Positions 1 through 11,116 of a DNA stretch of 64,000 bases are shown here, piece after piece. A model generated the notes under the pieces. It had not been told where the DNA came from. It made no database searches and saw only the letters and a list, made by a program, of their open reading frames with translations. The stretch's first letter is position 1. Each line of letters opens with the position of its first letter. The position numbers and the translations under genes are program-made. Source of the DNA: an uncultured Gemmatimonadaceae bacterium (GTDB taxonomy: Bacteria; Gemmatimonadota; Gemmatimonadetes; Gemmatimonadales; Gemmatimonadaceae); the NCBI GenBank assembly GCA_963781585.1, contig CAWAGQ010000003.1:32001-96000 (forward strand), given 5' to 3'.

Positions 1-5
1 ACGGC

Positions 6-608
6 GTGACCTTCTTCGTCGCCAATGTCGTGCCGTTTCTGAATCTGGTGCTGGCCGGCTTCGTGCTCGCGTCCATCGCCGCCCGCTTCCTCTTCCCCAC
101 CGTGAGCCTGGAGGGACCGACCTGGTGGCTGCTCCGGTCGAGCGCGATGTCGATGCGCGACCTGCTGTGGGCGAAGTTCTGGGTGGGCACGCTGCCCCTG
201 CTCGTTCTGGCGCTGGCGATCGTGGGGACGACCGACGCCCTGATGCACGTCACCGCATTCATGTTCGCCGTGTCCGCAGGCACCATCACCCTGCTCACGT
301 TCGCCGTCGCGGGCCTGGCGGTGGGCTTCGGCACCATGTACCCGCGCTTCGAGACCGAAAACGCCGCCCAGATCCCCACCTCGTTCGGGGGCCTGCTCTA
401 CATGATGACGTCGATCGCCCTGATCGGTGCCGTGACGATCCTGGAGGCGCGCCCGGTATACGCCTACCTGAGCGCCCGATCGTTCGACCAGGCCGTCCCG
501 ACCGGCGGCATGACCCTGGGCTTCGCCGCCGCGGCCGCCCTCTGTCTTGCAGGCACCTTTGTCCCGCTCCGCATCGCCCAGCGCCGGCTCGAGGCCATCG
601 AACGCTGA
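6..608 (+). CDS. Putative ABC transporter permease subunit, C-terminal part (5' end probably outside the window)
   Basis: Multi-pass hydrophobic ORF with 'PTVSLEGPTWWLLRSS..LLWAKFW' and 'YPRFETENAAQIPTSFGG', typical of ABC-2-like permeases; the frame is open from the window edge. Confidence 0.7.
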   Translation: MTFFVANVVPFLNLVLAGFVLASIAARFLFPTVSLEGPTWWLLRSSAMSMRDLLWAKFWVGTLPLLVLALAIVGTTDALMHVTAFMFAVSAGTITLLTFAVAGLAVGFGTMYPRFETENAAQIPTSFGGLLYMMTSIALIGAVTILEARPVYAYLSARSFDQAVPTGGMTLGFAAAAALCLAGTFVPLRIAQRRLEAIER

Positions 609-648
609 CACCCACGTCGCGCCCGCGCACGGCGCGGTCGACAGCACC

Positions 649-1281
649 TCAGTCAGCGAGCGCGGTGCCGCACCGCGGGCAGAAGCGGGCCCCGAGCTGC
701 TCCACCGTATGGCCGCATCCCGGACACGGTTGCAGCACCCGCCCACAGTTGGAGCAGTAGCGCGAATCCGGCTCCGGACGGTCGCCGCACGACGGACAGG
801 TGGAATGCTTCTCCCGAAACTGCCTGACGAGACGTTCCGCGAGATCGTCGAGTGCGGTCGGGACCGGCGATGCTGCACCCGAAGACGGTTGCACGGATTC
901 TGGCGGTAAGTCCTGCCCACCGGAGCCCGCCGTCGTCCCGGACTGCGACACCCGGCGCAACGCGGCCGGGTCGGGGCCAGCGGATTCCGGCGACTCCAGG
1001 TGAGGAGCCGCCGTCGCGGGGACATCGCCAGGTTGTCCGGACGACGGTTTCACATGCGCGCGAGCTCGCTCGATCCCGCGGCGCAGCACCCGATAATCGT
1101 CCTCGCTCAGCTTGCCCATCTGGCGATCGAGCTCGATCTCATCGAGATCGGAGGCCAGCGGATCAGGCGTTGGCGCGCCGGGGTCGGCGGGCCTGGCCGC
1201 TCCGGTCCGTTGCCGCAGCACGGGTGCCAGCACGGCCACCACGACGACACCCAAGGCGAGGACCACCAGCAGCTGCGTCAT
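649..1281 (-). CDS. Membrane-anchored double zinc-ribbon protein with CcmI-like N-terminus
   Basis: N-terminal TM (MTQLLVVLALGVVVVAVL), 'LDEIELDRQMGKLSEDDY' helix, C-terminal CPSCG/CSNCG/CPGCG/CPRCG; ATG at 1281 overlaps the stop of the upstream gene (ATGA). Confidence 0.75.
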   Translation of the reverse strand: MTQLLVVLALGVVVVAVLAPVLRQRTGAARPADPGAPTPDPLASDLDEIELDRQMGKLSEDDYRVLRRGIERARAHVKPSSGQPGDVPATAAPHLESPESAGPDPAALRRVSQSGTTAGSGGQDLPPESVQPSSGAASPVPTALDDLAERLVRQFREKHSTCPSCGDRPEPDSRYCSNCGRVLQPCPGCGHTVEQLGARFCPRCGTALAD

Positions 1282-2639
1282 GGTAGCATCCTCGATGAGG
1301 GGACCGGTGCGGCGGACACCGCGCTGCCCGACAGCAGCGCGCCGAGCGCGGCGGCTACCAACAGGGCAATACCGGGGATCCACAGGCTGGCGAGCGGAAT
1401 GAAGGCGACGCGTACGCGCCCCGTGTCGCCCTCGCCTACGCTGTCCAGCGTGAGCAGCAGGTCCTGCAGTGCACCGCGCTGCACCGCTCGCGCGCCCACC
1501 GGTGCACCGACGTATTCACCCAGCGGACCGCGATAGTCGCGCAGTTCCGGGGCGAGCAGGTTGGTGCCCGCCGGACTTGAGACCTCGACAGCCAAGGCGG
1601 TGACGTCCCGACCCGGCGCATCGAATCGCGAAACGCCCTGATTCACCAGGTGCCACGTTCCGCCGAGCGCATCGCCCACATCGACTGTCCTGCCGGGCGG
1701 CAACGCCACGTCGACACGCCGTGCCGCCACGTGCGCGCCGAACGCCAGCAGCAGGCATATCGCCCCCGCGTGTGCCAGGTGCGCATTCCAGCGCACCGAC
1801 CGGCCGGTTTCTTCCGGCCGCGAGCCCCATATCCAGCCGCGAACGCGCCGGTGCGCGGCTGCACCGAGCATCAGCCAGAGCAGAATCCCCGTAGCGTTCC
1901 TGCCGGCTGCACCGGCCCCGGTTGACGCCAGCGCCGTGCGAGCCCACTCGTCCGACGCGAGCGCCAGCGTGGCGAGGATCCACGCGGTCACGAGAAGGCG
2001 CCGCGCCGTCTCTTCGGCGCGGCGGGGTGGCACCTCGCCGGAGCGGGACTCCGCTCGGCTGCCGGCACGTTCCGCGATGACCAGCGCGACGGCAACTGCG
2101 CTCACCATGATCGCCGCGACCTGGAGCAGCGGCTGCAGCGCAGCACCAGGATGCAGGATGCTGAGGGGAACGATGCCCGGCGGGGCCGTCAGCTCGCGTG
2201 CGAACGGCGGTGCAACGAGGACGATCGCGGCCAGCAACAAGGTCAGACCGCCGCTGAGGACCGTGACCAGGCGCCCGGCCTGCCGCCTCGTCGATGACGA
2301 CTGCCCCTCCACTTCCACGATCAGGGCCATCGCGAGTACGAGGGCGGCCGTGAGAAGCAGGCCCGATGTGCCCGTCAGCACGGCCGCCAGGCGATAGCCG
2401 GCGGTGGCGTCCACCACGATCCGTCCGCCGACGGCGGCGTACGAGAGATCGCCCCGGAGCGCCGCCCCGGCCAGCATCGCCCAGGTCACAGCAACCAGTG
2501 CACCCGCCGTGAATGCACTCACCACGCCCCACGGGGGATACCCGGCACCCTCTTCCCGCCATCGCGCCGCAAACAGACCACTGGTCCAGGCCGACGCCAG
2601 GAGCGCGAGCCAGGTCACCAGCGCGCCCGTGGACGTCAC
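1278..2639 (-). CDS. Degenerate CcmF/NrfE-like (cytochrome c biogenesis) membrane protein
   Basis: CcmF-like segments 'GDLSYAAV..YRLAAVLTGTSGLLL', 'LSILHPG', 'HLAHAG', and a C-terminal 'LLAPELRDY..LQDLLLTL..VAFIPLASLWIPG'; WWD motif absent; 453 aa. Confidence 0.7.
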   Translation of the reverse strand: MTSTGALVTWLALLASAWTSGLFAARWREEGAGYPPWGVVSAFTAGALVAVTWAMLAGAALRGDLSYAAVGGRIVVDATAGYRLAAVLTGTSGLLLTAALVLAMALIVEVEGQSSSTRRQAGRLVTVLSGGLTLLLAAIVLVAPPFARELTAPPGIVPLSILHPGAALQPLLQVAAIMVSAVAVALVIAERAGSRAESRSGEVPPRRAEETARRLLVTAWILATLALASDEWARTALASTGAGAAGRNATGILLWLMLGAAAHRRVRGWIWGSRPEETGRSVRWNAHLAHAGAICLLLAFGAHVAARRVDVALPPGRTVDVGDALGGTWHLVNQGVSRFDAPGRDVTALAVEVSSPAGTNLLAPELRDYRGPLGEYVGAPVGARAVQRGALQDLLLTLDSVGEGDTGRVRVAFIPLASLWIPGIALLVAAALGALLSGSAVSAAPVPSSRMLP

Positions 2640-2836
2640 GACCCCTTGAAGGCCTCGGTGCGCACCCTGGTCATGATGCGCTCGAGATCCGCTTCCAAAC
2701 GCGCGCGCTCCGCGGCCGGCAGCGGTCCGGCATGGCGGTGCAGCTCGCGCAGTTGGCCCATCATCTCATCGATCAATCCGCGCAGGAGAAGATTGGTCCT
2801 CTGTGGGCGCTTCGGCTCCCCTTTGTCGGCATTCAT
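2636..2836 (-). CDS. Small helical hypothetical protein (66 aa)
   Basis: ATG at 2836 with GGAGG upstream; stop overlaps the GTG start of the ccmF-like gene. Confidence 0.6.
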   Translation of the reverse strand: MNADKGEPKRPQRTNLLLRGLIDEMMGQLRELHRHAGPLPAAERARLEADLERIMTRVRTEAFKGS

Positions 2837-2912
2837 GCCACGCCTCCGCTTGTCCGCTCGGGTACAGGCAGGTCGCCGCGCCGGGACCCACCCGGCGCGG
2901 GTGTCCGACGCC

Positions 2913-3332
2913 TCAGGCTCGATAGAACGCGTCAATGGCCGACTGAATCTGCGTCGGCGAGCGTCCCTCCTGGGTCATCCGCGCCACGATCAACGCTTCG
3001 GTGATGCAGACGTCGCAGTTGGCAGCATGGTCGCTCTCGAAGCACTCTGCAAGGGCGCGGTGGCCCAGGTTCTCCTTGCAGTGACAGTAGCAGTAGATGT
3101 GCTCGAGGACGGCCGCGTATTTCCTGGCGGCGGCGTACGCTTCACGCGTCCGCGCATCGGCGAACAGCGCCGGATCCAGCATGCGGCGCGACGCGACCGC
3201 GTCCACCGGGGCCGCCGACTCCAACGCTGGTCGGGTGCTATCGGCCGCCGGCTGGCGTTGCTCCGCACGGGAGCAACCGGTCAGAAGGGCCACGGTGATC
3301 CAGACCGCGGCAACGTGCTCGGTGCGTAGCAT
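2913..3332 (-). CDS. PCYCGC-motif family lipoprotein
   Basis: Lipobox 'ALLTGC'; 'IYCYCHC..LGH..LAECF..DHAANCDVC'; GAGG RBS before ATG 3332. Confidence 0.8.
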   Translation of the reverse strand: MLRTEHVAAVWITVALLTGCSRAEQRQPAADSTRPALESAAPVDAVASRRMLDPALFADARTREAYAAARKYAAVLEHIYCYCHCKENLGHRALAECFESDHAANCDVCITEALIVARMTQEGRSPTQIQSAIDAFYRA

Positions 3333-3494
3333 GGCAACCTCGCGAAATGGAGCCCGGTATGCGGACCGTCGAGTCCGCGCTCTGTGAAGTCTAATATCCG
3401 CGCCGCCGCCGCTCACCCGCGGGCGGCGACGTCGTCCCGTCGGAGCTCGCAGGCACCCCGTGTCACGGCCGGACTGGTGAATGCCCGACGTCGC

Positions 3495-4979
3495 TCAGCC
3501 GGCGTCGCGAGCCCAGGACAGGGTGGCGCGCACCGCCCGCTGCCATCCCGCGTACCACGCCTTGGCCGCATTGCTGTCCGCCCCCGGTACGAAGGTGGTC
3601 ATCTGCCGCGCGCCGAGGAAGTCTTCCGGCGACCGCCAGAGGCCGACGGCGATCCCCGCCAGACCCGCCGCGCCTAACGCGGTGGTCTCGACCACCGCGG
3701 GGCGCTCCACCGGCAGCCCGAGGACGTCGGCCTGAAACTGCATCATCCAGTCGTTGGCCGCGGCGCCGCCATCCACCCGGAGCCGGTCGACGGGCGCCGT
3801 CACCAGCGGCCGCATGGTCTCGAGCACGTCACAGGTGCCGTAGGCCATGGCCTCCAGCGCCGCACGCGCCAGATGCGCGCGCGTCGTGCCGCGCGTCAGT
3901 CCGACGATGGTGCCGCGCGCGGCGGGCTCCCACTGCGGCGCCCCCAGCCCTGCCAGGGCGGGAACGAAATACACGCCGTCGTTCGAGGTCAGGGACCGCG
4001 CCAGCGACTCCGTCTCCGCGGCGGTCGACACCACCCCCAGCCCATCGCGCAGCCACTGCACCGCGGCACCGGCAATGAAGATCGCCGCCTCGAGGACGTA
4101 CACCGGACCGCCTGACGCATCACACCCGAGCGTGGTGAGCAGACCACCGGCGCTCGGCGGACGTTCGGTACCCGCGTTGAAGAGCAGAAACGCACCGGTG
4201 CCATACGTGTTCTTGCCCTGTCCGGGCAACCAGCATCCCTGACCGAACAACGCCGCCTGCTGGTCTCCCGCAACGCCGCGAATGGGAATCGACCCGCCGA
4301 AGTGTTCGGGCGCGACCACGCCAAAATCACCCGAGGAACGCCGCACCTGCGGCAGCACCGCCGGGTGAACACCGAACAGACGGCAGAGCGTGTCGCTCCA
4401 CTGTCGCCGGTCGATGTCATACAGCATGGTCCGCGACGCGTTGGTGGGATCCGTGGCGTGGACCGCACCGTTCGTCAGGCGCGCAATGAGCCAGCTGTCG
4501 ATCGTGCCGGCGGCCAGTTCGCCGCGCGCGGCGCGCGCTGCCAGCGCCGGCTCCTGAAGCCGGAGCTCGAGCTTGGTCGCCGAAAAGTAGGGATCCACCA
4601 CCAGGCCGGTAATGCCATGGATCTCGGCGGCGCGAGAGGCCAGCTCGGCACAGCGCCCGGCGGTCCGTCGGTCTTGCCACACGATCGCCCGGCCGATGGG
4701 AACCAGCTTCTCGCGATCCCACACGACCACCGTCTCGCGCTGGTTCGTGATGCCAATGGCGACCGGCATCGCGCCAGCTTGCGCGATCGCCTCGCGCCCC
4801 GCCTCGAGCGTGCGCGCGAAAATTTCGTCCGGGTCGTGTTCCACCCAGCCAGGCCGCGGATAGTACTGCGGAATCTCCCGATAACCGCGTCCGCGCACGC
4901 TACCATCCGCAGCGATCACGAGACAGGTCGTCCCGGTGGTGCCCTGATCGATGGCAAGGACCGTGTCGACGGCAGTCAT
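3495..4979 (-). CDS. glpK: Glycerol kinase
   Basis: AIDQGTT, GITNQRET, AIVWQDRRT, DPYFSATK, GDQQAALFG, KNTYGTG motifs. Confidence 0.95.
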   Translation of the reverse strand: MTAVDTVLAIDQGTTGTTCLVIAADGSVRGRGYREIPQYYPRPGWVEHDPDEIFARTLEAGREAIAQAGAMPVAIGITNQRETVVVWDREKLVPIGRAIVWQDRRTAGRCAELASRAAEIHGITGLVVDPYFSATKLELRLQEPALAARAARGELAAGTIDSWLIARLTNGAVHATDPTNASRTMLYDIDRRQWSDTLCRLFGVHPAVLPQVRRSSGDFGVVAPEHFGGSIPIRGVAGDQQAALFGQGCWLPGQGKNTYGTGAFLLFNAGTERPPSAGGLLTTLGCDASGGPVYVLEAAIFIAGAAVQWLRDGLGVVSTAAETESLARSLTSNDGVYFVPALAGLGAPQWEPAARGTIVGLTRGTTRAHLARAALEAMAYGTCDVLETMRPLVTAPVDRLRVDGGAAANDWMMQFQADVLGLPVERPAVVETTALGAAGLAGIAVGLWRSPEDFLGARQMTTFVPGADSNAAKAWYAGWQRAVRATLSWARDAG

Positions 4980-5007
4980 GGCGGAGGTCGTCGAGGGGGG
5001 CCCGCAA

Positions 5008-6036
5008 TCACCGCGCGAAATGGAACGGAGCCCGGGATACACCCCGGTCGGTCACGATTGCCGTGACCAGCGCGGCCGGAGTGACGTCGAAGGCCGGCGT
5101 GTAGGCGGGCACGTCGTCAGGTGCGATCGAATGGCCGGCCAGAGAGCGCAGCTCACCTTCGGGGCGGCATTCGATCGCGATGTCGGCGCCCGTGAGTGTA
5201 TCGGGATCGAGCGTGGACGTGGGCGCGGCCACGTAGAATGGAATCCCGTGGTGGTGCGCCAGCGTGGCGAGCCCGTACGTGCCGATCTTGTTCGCCACGT
5301 CGCCGTTGGCGGCGATCCGGTCAGCGCCCACAATGCACGCGTCCACGAGTCCCCGGGCCATGAGACTGCCCGCCGCGCTGTCAGCGAGCACGGTGACCGG
5401 AATCCCGGCGCGGGAGAGCTCCCAGGCGGTGAGGCGGCTCCCCTGCAGCAGCGGCCGCGTTTCCGTGGCGAAGACCTGCACGCGCCAGCCTCGTTCGGCA
5501 GCCAGGTACACCGGGGCGAGCGCGGTGCCGATGCCGCCGGTCGCGAGCGCGCCGGCGTTGCAGTGCGTGAGCACGCGGACGCCGTCGCGCAGGAGCGTGA
5601 TCCCGAATTCTCCGATCCGGCGACACATGGCGCGGTCCTCGTCCAGGATGGCGGTCGCGGCGGCACGCATCCGGGCGAGCAGCGCTGGCGCATCCGGCGC
5701 GTCACCCGCCGCTACGGCGAGCATGCGATCGACGGCCCATGCGAGATTGACCGCGGTGGGCCGGGCGTGCCGAACGCGCGCGGCAGCCTCGGTCAGTCGG
5801 CGCCGAAAGGCGTCGATCGGCACGTCGGTCGATTCGCCCATGACCGCCACGAGGCCCATCGCCGCACAGATCCCGATCGCCGGCGCGCCGCGCACGGCCA
5901 GCGTCCCGATCGCCTCGCTGATTTCCTCGACCGTGCGCAGGTCCTTCTCGACGAGGCGACTCGGCAGCTGGCGCTGGTCGATGATACGCACCGCGTTCCC
6001 GTCGGGAGCCCAGCGGACCGCTTCGATGACGTGCAC
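5008..6036 (-). CDS. mtnA: S-methyl-5-thioribose-1-phosphate isomerase
   Basis: VRGAPAIG, RPTAVNL, LTHCNAGALAT, ETRPLLQGSRLT, GADRIAANGDVANKIGTY. Confidence 0.95.
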   Translation of the reverse strand: MHVIEAVRWAPDGNAVRIIDQRQLPSRLVEKDLRTVEEISEAIGTLAVRGAPAIGICAAMGLVAVMGESTDVPIDAFRRRLTEAAARVRHARPTAVNLAWAVDRMLAVAAGDAPDAPALLARMRAAATAILDEDRAMCRRIGEFGITLLRDGVRVLTHCNAGALATGGIGTALAPVYLAAERGWRVQVFATETRPLLQGSRLTAWELSRAGIPVTVLADSAAGSLMARGLVDACIVGADRIAANGDVANKIGTYGLATLAHHHGIPFYVAAPTSTLDPDTLTGADIAIECRPEGELRSLAGHSIAPDDVPAYTPAFDVTPAALVTAIVTDRGVSRAPFHFAR

Positions 6037-6054
6037 GAGAGAATTCTAGCGACT

Positions 6055-6086
6055 GGAGGACGGAGGACGGAGGACGGAGGACGGAG
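6055..6086. repeat. Heptamer tandem repeat (CGGAGGA)n, about 4.5 units
   Basis: ggagga-cggagga-cggagga-cggagga-cggag, immediately upstream of mtnA. Confidence 0.9.
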
Positions 6087-6234
6087 CACATGCAGCTGTA
6101 ACCGGACGGTGCAAGAGAGAAGGCGCATCGAGTCGTGCGCCACTAGATTTCGCACGTCGAGCGAAGCGCCGCTTCGCCGCCTTGATCGCGTGACGCTGGC
6201 ATTCGGGTGACGGTCGTAGCGAACGGCTTGGATG

Positions 6235-6269
6235 CTATGGCCCATGGCCCATGACCTATGGCCTCTGAC
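6235..6269. repeat. Degenerate heptamer tandem repeat (CTATGGC-like) x5
   Basis: CTATGGC CCATGGC CCATGAC CTATGGC CTCTGAC. Confidence 0.8.
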
Positions 6270-6283
6270 CTCGGCCTCTTCCC

Positions 6284-7063
6284 ATGCCCTACTCGCATCT
6301 CATCCTGACGGTGCACGAGCATGTCGCGACGGTCACGATCAATCGACCCGACAAGCTCAACGCCCTCACCAGCGACCTGGTCGGCGAGCTCGACCGTGCC
6401 ATTCTCGAGATCAGGGATCGCGACGACGTGGGTGGCGCGATCATCACCGGCGCCGCGCGGGCGTTCGTCGCCGGCGCCGACATCACCGAACTCACCCGGC
6501 TGCGCGAGAGCGGCGCGCGGGACTTCGCCACCAGGGGTCAGGCGGCGTTCAACCGCATCGAGTGGTCCACCAAGCCGATCGTGGCTGCCGTGAACGGATT
6601 CGCGTTAGGCGGTGGTTGCGAGCTGGCGATGGCGTGCCACGTGCGGATCGCGGCGGACACCGCCCGGTTTGGACAACCCGAGGTGAAGCTCGGCATCATC
6701 CCCGGTTACGGCGGCACCCAGCGCCTGCCGCGACTGGTGGGTCGGGGCCGCGCGCTGGAACTGCTGCTCACCGGCGAGCTGGTCGACGCGCAGGAGGCGT
6801 TGCGCATCGGGCTCGTCAATCGCGTGGTGCCCGCGGGCGAGCTTCTGACGGCGGCCGAGACGCTCGTTCGACAGATGCTCGCCAACGCGCCGCTGGCGGT
6901 CGGTTCGTGCATCGAAGCGGTCAACCGCGGGGTCGACCTGCCGCTCGCCGACGGGCTCGCGCTCGAGGCAGGCCTGTTTGCCGTGCTCGCTCGCAGCAAG
7001 GACATGGCCGAAGGCACCGCGGCGTTTCTCGAGAAGCGCACCCCGCATTTCACCGGACGGTGA
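6284..7063 (+). CDS. Enoyl-CoA hydratase/isomerase (crotonase family)
   Basis: INRPDKLNAL, AFVAGADI, AAVNGFALGGGCEL, FGQPEVKLGIIPGYGGTQRL. Confidence 0.93.
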   Translation: MPYSHLILTVHEHVATVTINRPDKLNALTSDLVGELDRAILEIRDRDDVGGAIITGAARAFVAGADITELTRLRESGARDFATRGQAAFNRIEWSTKPIVAAVNGFALGGGCELAMACHVRIAADTARFGQPEVKLGIIPGYGGTQRLPRLVGRGRALELLLTGELVDAQEALRIGLVNRVVPAGELLTAAETLVRQMLANAPLAVGSCIEAVNRGVDLPLADGLALEAGLFAVLARSKDMAEGTAAFLEKRTPHFTGR

Positions 7064-7085
7064 GCCGGGAGTCCGAGTGGCGTCG

Positions 7086-8257
7086 ATGACGGAGCAGGCC
7101 GCCCGCTCGGCGGAAGACACCGCGACGACCGCGGCGCGACTGCGCACACTCTCCATTCGCGACTTCCGCAATCTTGGGCACGTCGAACTCGACGCGCCCG
7201 ACGCCGGGTTCGTCGTGGTGGGAGAGAACGGTCACGGCAAGACGAACCTGCTCGAGGCCATCTACTACTGTCACCTCTTTCGATCGATGCGGGGCGCGCG
7301 CGACGAAGAGCTGGTGCGATTCGGGAGCCGGGGGTTCCACCTGGGAAGCACCGCCAGCGGCGCGCCCAGTGACACCATCGGTGTCGGATACGATCACGCA
7401 ACCCGTCGCAAGAAGATCGTGCTCGACGGCGTGGAGCGCGCGCGCCTGAGCGACGCGCTGGGCGCCCTGCCCGGCGTGGTCTTCTCGCCTGCCGACGTGA
7501 CGCTCGTATCCGGCGGTCCGGCGCTCCGGCGCCGTTTCCTCGACGTGATGCTGGCCTCTTCGTCGCGGCGTTACCTCCAGGCGCTCCAGCAGTACCGGAC
7601 CGCGCTGCTGCATCGCAATGCCGCGCTACGGGCCTCGTCGCGGCTCGCGGACGCCGCCGCGCGCGTACGCGTGTGGGAAGCCCCACTGGCCCGATACGGC
7701 GCCATCCTCCGGTGCGAGCGCGAGACGTGGATCGCCTGGGCCCGCGCGCCGTTCGCGCGATTGTGCGCGGCGATCGGGGAACGAGAGCCGGCCGACCTTC
7801 GGGCGCGATCGAGCGTGCCACTCGACGAGTCGTGCTCCGAGGACGCCGCTGCCGGCGCATTGGCGGCCGCCCTCGCCGGGCACCGGGACCGCGACCTGCA
7901 GCGGGGCATGACGCAGGTGGGGCCTCATCGCGACGACCTCGAGTTCCGCCTCGGTGCGCACGCCACGCGATCATTCGGATCGGCGGGTCAGCACCGGACG
8001 GCGGCCATTGCCGTGCGCCTGCTGGAGCGCCGCACCTATCGCGAGCGCAGCGGACGCGAACCGCTGGTGCTGCTGGACGATCCGTTCGCTGAACTCGACG
8101 CCGGTCGCGCGCGGTCGGTGCTTGGGCTCCTGGTGGAGCGGCACGACGGGCAGGCCGTGTTCGCGGTACCGCGCCCCGATGACATTCCCGAGGCGCTCAC
8201 CGGCCTCCCGCGGTTTCGGATCCGGGATGGCGTGCTGACGCGCGCCGCGGGCGGAGC

Positions 8258-8261
<4 letters not shown>
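7086..8261 (+). CDS. recF: DNA replication/repair protein RecF
   Basis: FRNL..GENGHGKTNLLEAI, GGPALRRRFLD, GPHRDDL, SAGQ, LLLDDPFAELD; start could be GTG 7077. Confidence 0.93.
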
Positions 8262-10682
<2,421 letters not shown>

Positions 10683-10688
10683 GGAGCG

Positions 10689-10916
10689 CTACTGGCGTCG
10701 CGCGTAGCGGAAGAGGACCACGGCGTAAACCACGTGGGCGGCCGCGATCGCCGCCACCGGCACGGCCACCGCGATCCAGGTCAGCGCCGACAGGCCGACG
10801 GCCATCCCGCCACGCGGCGTCGGCCGCGAAACGAACGCAATCAGGCCGTAGAGGCCGACGACACCCGCGGCCACCGCCAAGGCGCCGAAGGCCGCCGGGC
10901 GCGCAAAGCGCTTCAT
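10689..10916 (-). CDS. Small two-TM hypothetical membrane protein
   Basis: MKRFARPAAFGALAVAAGVVGLYGLIAF...; two hydrophobic segments; start could be ATG 10928. Confidence 0.55.
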   Translation of the reverse strand: MKRFARPAAFGALAVAAGVVGLYGLIAFVSRPTPRGGMAVGLSALTWIAVAVPVAAIAAAHVVYAVVLFRYARRQ

Positions 10917-11116
10917 CGTGATTTCCATGTCACGGACTGGCTGAGGCCGAGGGTCGCGGAGGCGTGGCGTCGGCCACCCTCCGTCATCGCGGTCGGTCGG
11001 CGGCCAATATGCGTCGGGGACGCGCCCCCGCAACAGGCCGAAGGTTTTTCGATCCACGATCGATGCCCGCGGTCTCGGCATGCGACCGTTCCGGTGTTGC
11101 GCCGGGCGCTCCCCCG

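Noticed and set aside
1278..2639. ccmF pseudogene
   Set aside because: No frameshift or internal stop, tight overlaps with both neighbours, and apparently selective retention of two His residues.
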